Below, piece after piece: positions 50,052-62,269 of a stretch of DNA of 64,000 nt. Location of the stretch: positions 16,740,001 to 16,804,000 of the forward strand of contig JBHGNT010000002.1 in assembly GCA_043228905.1 (NCBI GenBank). Reading direction: 5' to 3'. A program made the position numbers and the translations under genes. The stretch comes from Azolla caroliniana (Eukaryota > Plantae > Polypodiophyta). Every line of letters starts with the position of its first letter. Within the stretch, counting starts at the first letter, position 1. The notes below the pieces were generated by a model that was given only the letters and a program-made list of their open reading frames with translations, searched no databases and was not told the origin of the DNA.

Positions 50052-53000
50052 TGTTGAGTTGGCAAGCTCAACCGGATCCAAATCGGTTGAATAAGCCAGA
50101 GTTGGATCCGTATCCGGAACGGAGAACCGGATAGGTGTCTGGATATATTGGTATCCGGAACCTAGAGCCGGATCGGAGAACCGGATCGTACTCCGGAATA
50201 GTGAGAACCGGTAGGCTGTTCGAACCTACGGTCTGAGTCTAGTACGTAGGGAGAGGAAAACTCAACCTTAACGCATTCTCTTCCCTCGCCATCTTCTCGG
50301 ATTGCCCGATAGTATCATGCAAGCTTGCTAACGTCAAGTGAGTTGAGCCTGAATTGGTGCATATTCCTTGGAGTTAGTGTCAGTCACTTGTACGAGCATT
50401 GAAGTACTTGTCAGTACTTCTGTCAGTCCTTTAAGGACTTGTATAAAAAGTGTTCTGTAGGAAATTTGTATGTACAGAGTGTTATTACTTTGAATTGAGT
50501 TTATGCTATTTTGCTCTCTTAGTCTCTACCGCGTATTGTGTATTCTCAATCCTCCATTAAACCTTCATTTCAGTTTTACTGTTGTTATCCGGCCGAGCCG
50601 GTTTATCTAAGCTTCCACATATTAGCCTTTACATGGTATCAAAGTGTGAGGATTGAGAACCTCTACTACCGACAACTGCTCGAAACGGACAAACCTTAAT
50701 CACCGGTAAAGAACAAAAGGAAGATATGGATAGAAACATGACGGGCTCGCTTCTTACAGAAAAGCTCGACTGGAGCAACTATGCATCTTGGTTGTATAAA
50801 ATGAAATAATACCTACTGGGCACGGATACTGAAGCTACGTGGAAGGAGTGAATGTACCAATGCCGTATTCCCTTCATGGGAGCAAGGAGCGAGCAGAGTG
50901 TTGTGTTGCCTCACATCTTCTTTGCACGACCAGATGCTCGGCTACATCATGGATGCAAAAACGCCGAAAGAGGCCTGGGAGCAAGGAGCGAGCAAAGTGT
51001 TGTATTGCCTCGCGTCCTGTGTGCATGAACAGATGCTCGGCTACATCAGGGATGCAAAAACGCCGAAAGAGGCTTGGGAAAATCTTCGGAAAATTTTCTC
51101 CATCCGAAGATTTTCGCCGCAAGTACCACAGCTTGAAAGTTCCAGCTCCAACAAGAGCTCAACAGTATCCGGCAACGGGACATGTTGGTCACTGACTACA
51201 CCACCAAGATCAAGAAGATTTGCAACGCACTTGGTTCCATCAACGTGACAATGCACGAAGACGAGATGGTTTAGATCTGCCTCGTTGGTCTAGCACAATC
51301 ATATGGGCCAATCCGGACGATGATTTGCATCCAGGAGAAACCACCGTCCTTCTTCAGACAACTAGATGCTGTACACAGAGGCAGATCGGCCCCGTGGGTG
51401 TGGAGGATGAGGTGGGTCGACACACAATAGCAGTGGCTGGCAGGAGCAGAATCAGAGGCATGGAGATAGTGCCGACGGTAGTTCCGGACCCTGCACAAGT
51501 AGGGAGAGTCAAATCGATGCCTATTACCGGCAAGGGAAGGCCGACACAAAATGCTAGTACTATGGCAAGAAAGGCCACTAGGAGAGCGAGCGTTGGAAGA
51601 AGCACACCAATTCGGATAAATCCGGATCTAGTAAGGCCGGACAAGGGGATCGACAAAGGTCGCACTACACTGAAGGATTGGAAAGATCGGAAAAGGGCTA
51701 GCCTTTGTGATGAAATACAAGGCGAACTCAATGAAGAAGACCACTTCCGATCGTGCAGGAGCAACCAAGAGTTGTCGAAACCGGAGTCGACACACCTCAC
51801 CCAATCGTGCATGTCAGATAAGTTCCCTTGAGTCATGTCAGACAAAAAGGGAAACTTATGAACGTGCTTCACGTCCTGACAATCACAAAGAACCTAGTAT
51901 CGGTTGGGCAAATCGTTGACTAGGGGATGCAGGTGCGGTTTACGCATCTCGAGTGCTTCATTGAGGAAGAGTACCAGATCATCGCGCAAGGACGCCGGGA
52001 TGGGAGGATGTTCATCCTTGACGTAGGCACCAACTTGTTTGCAAAAGGAAAAAAAGTTGAGTCGGATATCGGCTTGTGGCACAAGCGGATCGGCCACGTC
52101 AACTATCAGAGGCTTCAAGACTTGCAATCGAAACACGCTGTTTTCGGATTGCCAAAATTCAGTGTCCGGGAGGCCCAAATATGTGAACCCTGCCAACTTG
52201 GGAAGCAACACCGGCTTTCGTTCCCCACCAAAAGAAACCGGAGCCGTAACAAGCTCGACTTGATACATTCGGATGTATGGGGACCGACACAAAACGTTAG
52301 TCTTGGTGGGAGCCGATATTTCGTCTCCTTCATTGACGACTACAATCGGCATACATGGATCTACCTGATCGAAAGGAAAAGCAAAGTTTTCACCTATTTC
52401 CAAAACCTGCAAAGTCTTGTAGAATGGGAAACCGAGAGGAAGACCAAGTGCCTGCGGTTGGATGGCGGAAAATAATATTTTTCCGGTAAATTCAACAGTT
52501 ATTTGCAACAGAAAGGAATTCAGAGGGAATTCAGCCGCCGATACACACCAGAACAAAACAGTGTGTCCTAGAGGAAGAATTGGTCGATTGTGTAGGCGGC
52601 ATGAGCAATGCTGGAAGAAAAGTGCATGCCCAAGTTCTATTGGGCCGAAGTGGTCTGGACGGTTGCCTACACCCGAAACCGGATCGGGAAGAAGGTGTCA
52701 GCACATCAACTGTATTTTGGGCGGAAACTGAACTTAAGACACTTGAGGATATTCGGCAACATTACCTATGTGCATATACCTAATGAGAAGCAAAGGAAAC
52801 TGGACCCAAAGTCGGAGAAATGCATTCTAATCGGCTACTCACATGAGCAAAAGGGGTATAAGTGCTACAATCCCCGAACAAAGACCGTTTGAGTAAGCCG
52901 AGATGTTGAATTTGATGAGTCAACATCATGGCACTCTCTATTGACTCCAACCTCCGACTTCGAGCCGATTCCGAAAGATGATGCCAATGAGCCTGAATCT

Positions 53001-53926
53001 ATACGGGCAGAAGATGAAGAAGGATTTGGTACTATGGATGAGAGTCCGATCTCGTTCCGGCTAAGTGGGCTGAATAAGCGACTAAGTTGGAATGACAAAT
53101 CAGATGAAGAGTCGGCGGATAGTGGAGACTCAGCCGTGCTTTCCCCGCATAAGGAACCAAGGAGATGGTTCACACACAAAGAAAAGGGGAAGAAGAAAAT
53201 GCCGGAGTATGACACCGGAAGAGAAGAGTCAGACCGGAGCGAATCTGACTCCGGAGAAGAAGTCTGAGCTAGCCAAGAGGGCCTTGCAATCGGCGAATGT
53301 GAAGTTATGCCGATCAACTCGTTAGAAGAACCCCATAAAAAGGTAAGGATATAATGAGTACATGGCGCATCACTATGTGTACATGACGAAATTGGTGGAG
53401 GTGCGTGAACCAGAGAGCTACGCCGAAGTGGCAAAGGATGCCCATTGGCGTGAAACAATGGAGGAAGAGATGCGGGTGCTTGATGCCAACGACACATGGG
53501 ACCTGGCTGACCCTCCCCTACATTGAAAACCGATCAGTTGCAAGTGAGTGTACAAGGTAAAGTATAATGCTGACGGTTCGGTCAACCTGTACAAGGCCCG
53601 GTTAGTGGCCAAAGGATACGTGCAAAGCCACGGAGTTGACTACGACGAGACCTTCACTCCGGTAGTGAAGATGACGACGGTTCGTGTGGTGCTAGCGATT
53701 TATGTAGCAAGGGGATGGGAAGAATGTGTTTCTTCAAGGCAATCCTGAAGAACAGGTCAACATGATCCAACCCCCCGGATTTCAGTGAGAGATGAAGAAG
53801 TCGGTAGTCTGCCAACTCAAGAAGTCACTTTACGGATTGAAGCAAGCTCCCTGTGCTTGGAATTCGAAGATCTTGCACCGGTTTTGTAAGATGGGGTTTG
53901 CAGCCTCGTAGTTAGATTGTTCGCTG
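50052..53926 (+). mobile_element. Copia D3 (LTR 50052-50633, PBS, gag to RT), degenerate
   Basis: Same family motifs as D1: LWHKRIGH, CEPCQLGKQ, IHSDVWG and KLDPKSEKC; ~100-bp gag duplication at ~50877-51077. Confidence 0.93.
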
Positions 53927-54487
53927 TGTTGGGAAACCGGTCTCTCTTGATGAGATCCAGAAGATATCTGAAAACCGGTGTCACGGTTTTCCATGTGGAT
54001 GTGTTGAAACGGAGCGGGACCACAAGGGTCTCGGACCGAGGAGCTGGTGAGAGCAGGAAGGTTGTGCGGATCGATTAGCGATCACAAGTCTGGTCGGCAA
54101 CGACGAGCTCTTGGTGCCACTCAATCAGAAACACAATGCAATTGGAATAGACCAGAAACAAGAAAACCGGAAATCCAAAACACATTGAAGACTCAACAAA
54201 CTAACAATTAACAGAGGAAACAAGAATGATTACAACCGGCCGCAACTGGCAAAAGAACTTTGAGCTCACTATAAATACTCACACACACTAGCGAGCCTCC
54301 GATTAGGAGCACACAAGCTACCACCACGAACTGGAGGCTTCACAACACGATGACAAGGAAAACCGGAAAACGGGGAATAGGAAAGAAGCCTGCAGAGCTC
54401 AGTTTGGCAACACTTTGTCCTCACAAAATGTGGATGCTTAAAATAGGCTCAAGCCTCCCCTTTTATAGAAAAGGGGAGACTGTTACA
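53927..54487 (-). mobile_element. LTR G between D3 and A2 (no matching TSD)
   Basis: TGTTGGG...TGTTACA termini; non-coding; the two flanks come from different elements. Confidence 0.7.
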
Positions 54488-56332
54488 TCGTGAGCATGTG
54501 CTAAGTAGTGAAGCGGTGGGGATTCTGGCTATTCTTTATGCATCCTCCTCCGATTCGTCACCGGTCCGTACTTCATTCGCCTCGTCGCTCTCGCCAAAGC
54601 CCTCTCCGGTTCCGATTCGTGCCGTTTCTTAAAGGCCTTGATCTGTTTTCCCGCGACCGGAACTGCGATCCTCGTCCCGTCAACCTCCCCTAGGTGGTAC
54701 ATTGCATTGTCGTTTGTGCTCGTCGCCACATATGGCTTGAACCACCGCCATGCAAATCTTTAGGTGGACCAGTGTTAATTGTCGAGGCTACTATCATAGA
54801 CTAGCACCTAGTCGCCTTCCTCAATCTTCCTCGGCTAGAGTCGGTGCGTCCGGTCGAACTGGGCCTTGTTCCTCTTCTGCAATACCTCCGTTCTTGAAGT
54901 CGCCTACTGGACGTCTTCTGGCGTCCACTCAAGCTGTCGGATCCACGCCGCCAACGACTCCTCTTAGCTCATCTCATCCGTCAGTCGACCGCGATCCATG
55001 ATGAGATTGTCCGCTCCACTGGCATAACCATCTTTTGCGCGAACATAAGTTCCATCGACATGTACCCGGTTACCGACCTGTGCGTAGTTCAATCAGCCCA
55101 TAAGGCGTAAGGTAGGAGCCGCGGCCAGTTCCCAACCTGTCCATCGCATGCTTGTACTAGTGTTTTCACAATCGGACCGTGCCCTCTCTCGGCCTTCCCG
55201 TTCACCTCCGGATTGTAAGCCGTCATGAGGGAAAGCTTGACCCCTAGTCAGTCGAATAGCTCCTCGGCTTCTCATGCATCTAGCTCTCCACGGTCTGCCA
55301 CGATCTTCCCAACACACCCATACCGGCAAATCACATCTTTGATAAAAAATCGGCATACGATTGTGGTCTTCTTTGACCTGGAATACGCGGAATAATCTCC
55401 GGTCACAACCGAAGTGTAGATCACTTGATAACAATCGAACACAGAAGAAATGGGAATGGAGGTAAGTACCCAAACAGAAAAGAGAATACACAGGATGTTA
55501 ACGTGGAAAACCCTGAGAGGGAAAAACCACGGGAGTCCACAGACTCCAAACTATCACTATGCCAACAATTACAACAGGGAGCACGGAGGCAACGACCTCA
55601 TGCTCACGATCTTCGCCTGGCGGCGGTTACAACAGAGACATACTCTGTATCGCTCTCTCTGTCTCTCTCTCTGTACAGTCATTACACCAAAATTACACAC
55701 ATCATAATTAATAAGTTTGCCCTAAGTCATATTTATACTAATATGACTTTCGGGCTATTTACAAATATAGCCCCAATGGGCTCTCTGGAACATATTTACA
55801 TATATGTCCCTTCCATCCGATGAGAGGTTCTCACCGGGCTTGCAACATCTGGTTCTCACCGGGTCTTTTGTTGCTGGGTACTTCACATCCGGATTCAGCC
55901 GAGGCCGAGTTGCTCATGAACATTGTTCTTCTCACTTCCCATCTGGAGGGACCTGTTTCCTAACAGTCTTGTTGGTCAACGCTTGGCCCTCCACCTGGTT
56001 CGTCAGGTCTTCTCTTGTGAACATCAGGTACCTCATCTGCCCCACCCCTATCGTCATCATCACCAAGTCGACCATCCACTTAAAAGGAATGGACGACGGG
56101 GAAGTTGTGTGTAACTCGTCTCGGTGCTGGACTCCGAAATGCACTTGGCAACTCTCGCACGTTGTTACGAAATCGTGCATGTCCCGATACATTCCAGGCC
56201 ACCAATACTTCTCCTTTAGCTTCTTGAACGTGGCCCATGTGCCCTAGTGTCCGAACTAGGGGCTCTCATGGAACTCTAACAAGAGCACCACCTGCTCTTC
56301 TTTCTTCGTCACCACCTGGAGCGGTGTGCCGG
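54488..56332 (-). mobile_element. Gypsy A2: degenerate integrase of family A
   Basis: FVTTCESCQ, KWMVDLV, REDLTNQVEG and GTRIAVPVAGKQIKAFKKRH match element A. Confidence 0.92.
55374..55965 (-). mobile_element. Solo LTR E3 inserted in A2
   Basis: Reverse-complement similarity to E1/E2 LTRs (TGTTAGG start, GGTTTTTCCC, CCGGTGAGAACC); flanks TTCTT/GTCTT. Confidence 0.85.
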
Positions 56333-56661
56333 TGTTGAGCGAGCAAGCTCAACCGGATCCGAATCGACTGAATAAGCTAGAGCCGGATCGGTATCCGGAA
56401 TGGAGAACTGGATCGGTGTCCGGATGATATCCGGAACCAGGAGCCGGATCGGATTGAAATCGGTAGGCCATTAGAGGCCTACGAATCCAGCCTAGTACGT
56501 AGGCATATTTTAGGGAGTTAGTGACAGTTGCTCATGTGAGCATTGAAGTACCTGTCAGTACTTCTGTCAGTCCTTTATGGACTTGTATAAAAGTGCTCTC
56601 TGAACACATTCTATGTACACAGAATATTGAGAGTATTATTTTGATATAGAGTTCATGTTCT

Positions 56662-56710
<49 letters not shown>

Positions 56711-59056
56711 CTCTCCCGTGCATGTTCTTTGTGTTTAGCTTCCATTGAACCTTTCTCTCTACAGTTGTTATCTGGTACAACCGGTTGTGATACGTTTCTG
56801 CACCTTTAAATTCACATAGTATCAGAGTGCGAGGGTTGAGAACCTCTGCAACCGACGAGTGATTAGTGAAGATAAACCCTAACACCCGGTGAAGAACAAA
56901 ACATAACCTAAGATGGACAGAGGAATGGCAAGTTCACTTCCGACGAAAAAGCTCAATCGTAGCAACTATGCATCCTAGTCATATAAAATGCACCAGGTCC
57001 TCCTCGATCGAAGAAAACCATGCGAGTGGGTCGAGGACCACTCAATCGGACAACCAGATGTTGTACATGGAGGAGGATTGACCCCGTGGGCATGGAGGAC
57101 GAGGTGGGTCGGCATGCAATGGAGACGGCCATCAAGAGCAGAACCGAAGGCACAAAGATAGTGCCGACAATAGTTTCGGTCCCTCCACAAGCAGGGGGAG
57201 TCTAGCCAGTGCCGGAAACCGGCAAGGAAAGGCCGACATGGAATGCTGGTACTGTGCCAAGAAAGGCCACAGAGAATGCGAGTGTTGAAAGAAGTGCGCC
57301 GATTCGGATAAATTTGGATCTAGCAAGACCGAACAGGGAAACTGGCAAAGCTCGCACTACGCAAAAGGATTGGAAGTATCTGGAACCAGGAAGACCGGAA
57401 AAGGGCCAACCTTCATGATGAAGCACAAGGAGAACTCGATGAAGAAGACCACTTCTGGATCGGAGGAAGTATGGTATGTTGATTCCGAAGCGTCAAACCA
57501 CAGGACGAGCCATGAAGAGTGGTTCTCCTTTTTGGATAAACCGGAACAATCGGGGATTGTTGAGACCGGAGACGACACCCCTCACCCGATTGTGCATGTC
57601 GGAGAAGTCCCTTTAAGCCATGTTAGATAAAAGGGAAAGCTGATGAATGTATTACACGTTCTGACTATCACAAAGAACCTTGTATCGGTCAGACAAATAG
57701 TTGACCAGGGAATGCAGGTGCAGTTTACGCACCTCGGGTGCTTCATCGGGGAAGAAGGCCGGATAATCGTGCAAGCGTGTAGGGAAGGGAGGATGTTCAT
57801 CCTCAACACAAATGATGTCGGCACTGCCATGTTTGCCAAAGGATAGAAGATTGAATTGGACATTGATCTCTGGCATAAACCAGAGGCTTCAAGATTTGCA
57901 ATCGAAACAAGTTGTGTTCAGATTGCCGAAGTTTAGTGGTCGGAAGGCCCAAATATGTGAAGCTTTCCAACTCAGAAAGCAACACCGGCTTCCATTCCCC
58001 ACCGAGCGAAACCAGAGCCGTCACAAGCTTGATCTAATCCATTCGGATGTATGGGGACCAGCACAGAATGTTATTCTTGGCGGGAGTCAGTATTTTGTCT
58101 CCTTCATCGACAACTATAGCCGGCACACGTGGATCTACCTCATCTCGAAGAAAAGCGAAGTCTTCGACTGTTTCCGGAACCTTCAAAGCTTAGTCGAAAG
58201 GGAAATGGAGAGGAAGATAAAGATCCTGCGGTCGGATGGGGGAAAAGAATACTTTTCCGGCCAATTCAATAGTTATCTGTAGCAAAAAGGAATTCAGAGA
58301 GAATTCAGCTGCCGATATACAGTGGAACAAAATGGTGTGGCCGAAAGAAAGAACCGGTCGATTGTCGATGCGGCAAGGGCAATGTAGGAGGAGAAGAGCA
58401 TGCCCAACATGAGCTGTATTTCGGGTGGAAGCCGAATTTGAGACTCCTTCAGATATTCGGTAGCATAACATATGTGGATGTACCGGATGAGAAGCGGAGG
58501 AAGTTGGATCCAAAATCGGAGAAGTGCATACTTGTCATTTACTCACATGAACAGAAGGGGTATAAGTGTTATAACCCCCGAACTAAATAGGTACGAGTAA
58601 GTCGAGATGTCGAGTTTGATGAGTTGGCATCATGGTACTCCCTACCGACTCCAACTCCCGACGAAGACCTGATTCCGGAGGATGAGGCTAGTGAACCCGG
58701 ATAGGTTCAAGAAGAAGATGAAGACTTCGGTACTCTCGATGAGAATCCGATCTCATTTTGGCTAAGTGGGCCGAATGAGCGGCTGAGTCGGGATGACTAG
58801 TCGGATGAAGAACCGACGAGTAGTGGAGACTCTCTCATGCTCTCCCCGCGCAAGGAACCGATTAGATGGTTCACGCGTGAAGAGAAGGAGAGTTTTAGAG
58901 TATTGTTTTGGAACAAATTTTTCTGTGTTCTGCTCTCTCCATCTCTCCTGCGTACGTTGTGTTTATTAAGCTTTCCATTAAACCTTCCTTGTCTCTTGTC
59001 TTTTGTTTGTTGTTACCCGATTGTGTCTGTTAAGCTTCCGCACGTATTCTTTTACA
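56333..59056 (+). mobile_element. Copia D4 (LTR 56333-56816; internally deleted gag and integrase; fused to 3' half of an LTR 58890-59056)
   Basis: Family D motifs; (CT)n at 56663-56706; RT and RNase H absent. Confidence 0.9.
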
Positions 59057-59064
59057 TTCACTAA

Positions 59065-62000
59065 TGTTAAAATGAGAACTAATGTGATTGGATAGAAGGA
59101 ATGATAGGTGCATGCACTATCATGATTTGGACAACCAATGAATGGAGAGCCTTTTAGAAAGGCACATCTATTCAAGGGGCCTAGGAAAAGGTATAAATAT
59201 GATGATTAGCTACCCTCATAAGGAGATTACGTTGGAAGGTTACTGCCTTAGACACCAGTGGTGCGGCTAGGCTTTCGTCTCGATGATTGTGTAATCTCTT
59301 CCAAGATATTAGTCATCCTAATATCCGGTTGTATGGGATGTCAATGGTAGGTTGGCTATGTCTAGATCATAGCTTGGGGGTGGTCGGGTGGAACGGGTTC
59401 TTCTATTCAATCTATTTTCCTTGTTTTACTTTATTTTGGTCTATTGAATAGTAATAGACTCTTAACAGTGGTATCAGAGCATTTACTAACAATTTCTTTT
59501 GTTGGTTTCATGTTTTTTGCGTGTGAGCGATGGGGATCTAACAAAACTCGTCATGCTCTTCACAGATCAAAGCAACATTCTTAACCCGGTATTCTTCTTT
59601 CTCGGGCACTCTTTTCTTTTCTATCATACCTTCTTCTTGGCCATATGAAAGTGGTATTATGTTTTCTTTTCTTTTCTTTCTTCTTTCTAACATGATACGA
59701 TAATAATCTACTTACGCATCGGGTCGAGTGTGTTTGCATTAATCGTACACACTCAACCCATGGCCCTTTTGCATATTGTGATGTATCTCCCACTCTCCCT
59801 TCTCTTGAACCATCGCCTACGGTAATAATTATTCTTGCCCATCGGGTCAAGCGTGTTTTCCAAGTAATCGCACACGCTCACCTCATGGCCCTTTTGCATA
59901 TGATGTTGAGTATGACACCCTTCCCTTTATTGAGCCATCACTTGGCCGATTCTATGGGATATTGTTGTCTTAACGAGGTGTATGTCACCTACCTATGCAC
60001 TCTACTCTCTATTGAGTCATCTCTTGGCCGATTCTATGGGATGTGGTGGTCTTGAGGAGGTGCATGTCGATTACCCTAGGGTTTCTTACCTTAAGGCATG
60101 CTTAATGTTCCATACACCTAATTGATTATTATTTTAATTAATTTCTAATTACACAAATTGTTGTTTCACTTTTGTATGATTTTCTCGTAATTGTTATTTA
60201 CCCACCCACAATTAACTCTCTTTTTCCCTTCCTTTTCAAGTTTAAAGTATTTACGTGCGTTTACCTATGATGTAACGCATCTGTGTAGACTATTTTTTCG
60301 TATTGATTGCGCATCATGCCATTTTTTGAACAATTTTTTCAAACGGTTCATCTAGGTTTAACTCATATTATCGGGCCTTAGAACTCGAGTAAAACCACAT
60401 GAGTTCCCCTATTGATGTTTTACTCATAGATTTGAGTTTACTACATCTTTGCGCACAACACCTCGCACCATCCATTTATTTGTGGTATTTTTGTTTAGTA
60501 GACAACGCACGGTTTTTGAACATTGTTTTCGTCACTTCTTGACTCTTATAGGTAGTGACTTATTTTTCTCTTTTCTTCATAACATTTGCTTGCTACTCGC
60601 GAGACTAGAATATTACTTGCGAGTGCACTTGTTTTTGCACGTAATACACTTTCTCGAGCATATCAATACATGCTAGGTTGGCATTAATATAAGTCCAACT
60701 AGGAAATTACATTGACGTTTAGAACCATGGTTGAGCCTCAGGGAGCCGCCATGAATACTCAAGATAGAGATCCGAGAAAGACATTTTAGTTATGTTTTCC
60801 CCCATGTTTTTTAAAACACCATAGTGTTACTATAGTTATCGGAACTCGAATCACATCTCATATGTCTAGAGGGGTAAAGACATGAGATACTTTCTTGGAT
60901 AAAGTTCTTCCGACCAAAATTTGAAGTATTCATTTTGCTTGCGTATTTTCTGAACCTCCTTATTTATATTTTGTACACACAACTTGCATCATGGAACAAG
61001 TTTTGAACATTGTTGGAACGATATCTCCGACGGAGACCTCTCCACTCCAATCCGCATCTCGCACACAAGCTGAGATAACTATTGAGCAATTGCTCACTAC
61101 TACCTTGAATCAATTGGCCAAAATGAGGCAAGCCAATATGGCGTAGGAAACGAAATTCCAAGAATTGACTATTGAGTCCAAGAAAGAAGGTGAACCTTCT
61201 TTCGTAGTCACGTCATTCAAAGGAGATAAGAAAGAAAGAATCGAGGAGGCCATTAACACTTGTCTTGGTCGTTGGGAGTCTCACTTTGAGCTCCATCCGA
61301 AGCCCGATGATGTAAAAATTGGTTATGTCGGTCGTGAGTTAGGTTGCCGAGCTACTCCTTGGTGGCGCGGCCTAAGGACTACAAAGAACTTACCCACAAC
61401 TTGGGAAGGTTTACTTGAGGTTTTTAAGAAACTGTTCTTGCAGCCACCTTCTCAAACCGAACAAGTGCAAAACTTGCTCACATTGTCGAGCAAGCCATTT
61501 AAGGATTATGTGCATCATGCTTGGACCCAGGTCCAAAAATTGGGACTTACGGGTGAGAAATAGTTTGTTGCTTGTTTTTTGAATGGTATTCCCAATGGGG
61601 ATTACCAGTGGATTGTCCATGACAAGGACCCCACAACTTTTGAGGAAGCCATCAACATTGTACTACGGTACCATAGGACTTCCAAGAAAGACCACAATAA
61701 ACCTGAGAACTTCGCCAAAACTCTGAATGTCAAGTTCATTGGGAAACATAAGCAATCCAGTGACACTCTTGAGCACGACTCAAAGAAACCGAACCTCTTC
61801 TGTGCATATTGCAAGAAGCGGGGACACACAAAGGATACCTATCATCGTCTTGAGAGGAAGTCAATGAACACCCCTCCTCAAGACAAATCTATGAGTCACA
61901 CAGGTGAGTCTTTTGATGTTATTGAAGTTCATACCAACCACTTAAGTTCATGTGAATGCACTTTTCCTTCACATTTACTTGGACCCAATGATTTACTCCG

Positions 62001-62102
62001 AGCAGTCGGGTATATCCATGGAACACAAACATATTTCTTGTTTGATTCTGGTAGTTCTCACAATTTTCTTAATGATCACTTGGTGCAGCAAATGCAACTC
62101 CA
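59065..62102 (+). mobile_element. Ty3/Gypsy element H 5' part (LTR 59065-59467, iMet PBS 59469-59480, long leader, gag, knuckle, protease)
   Basis: TGTTAA...TTAACA then TGGTATCAGAGC; ATPWW, TWEGL, CAYCKKRGH and FLFDSGSSHNFL (chromovirus-like protease). Confidence 0.85.
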
Positions 62103-62269
62103 ACCTAGTACGTAGGCATATTTTGGGGAGTTAGTGATAGTCGCTTGTTGGAGCATTGAATACCTCTCAGTACTTTTGTTAGTCCTTTATGGACTTGTAT
62201 AAAAGTGCTCTCGGAGCACATTCTATGTAAACAGAGGATTATTATTTTAGAATAGAGTTTTATGTTCTG
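62103..62269 (+). repeat. Partial family-D LTR into which D5 is inserted
   Basis: CCTAGTACGTAGGCATATTTT...GGACTTGTATAAAAG matches the D4 LTR. Confidence 0.8.

Noticed and set aside
59715-60070. Structured RNA gene in the duplicated leader of element H
   Set aside because: Two pairs of imperfect direct repeats typical of Gypsy 5' leaders; no recognisable RNA family motif.
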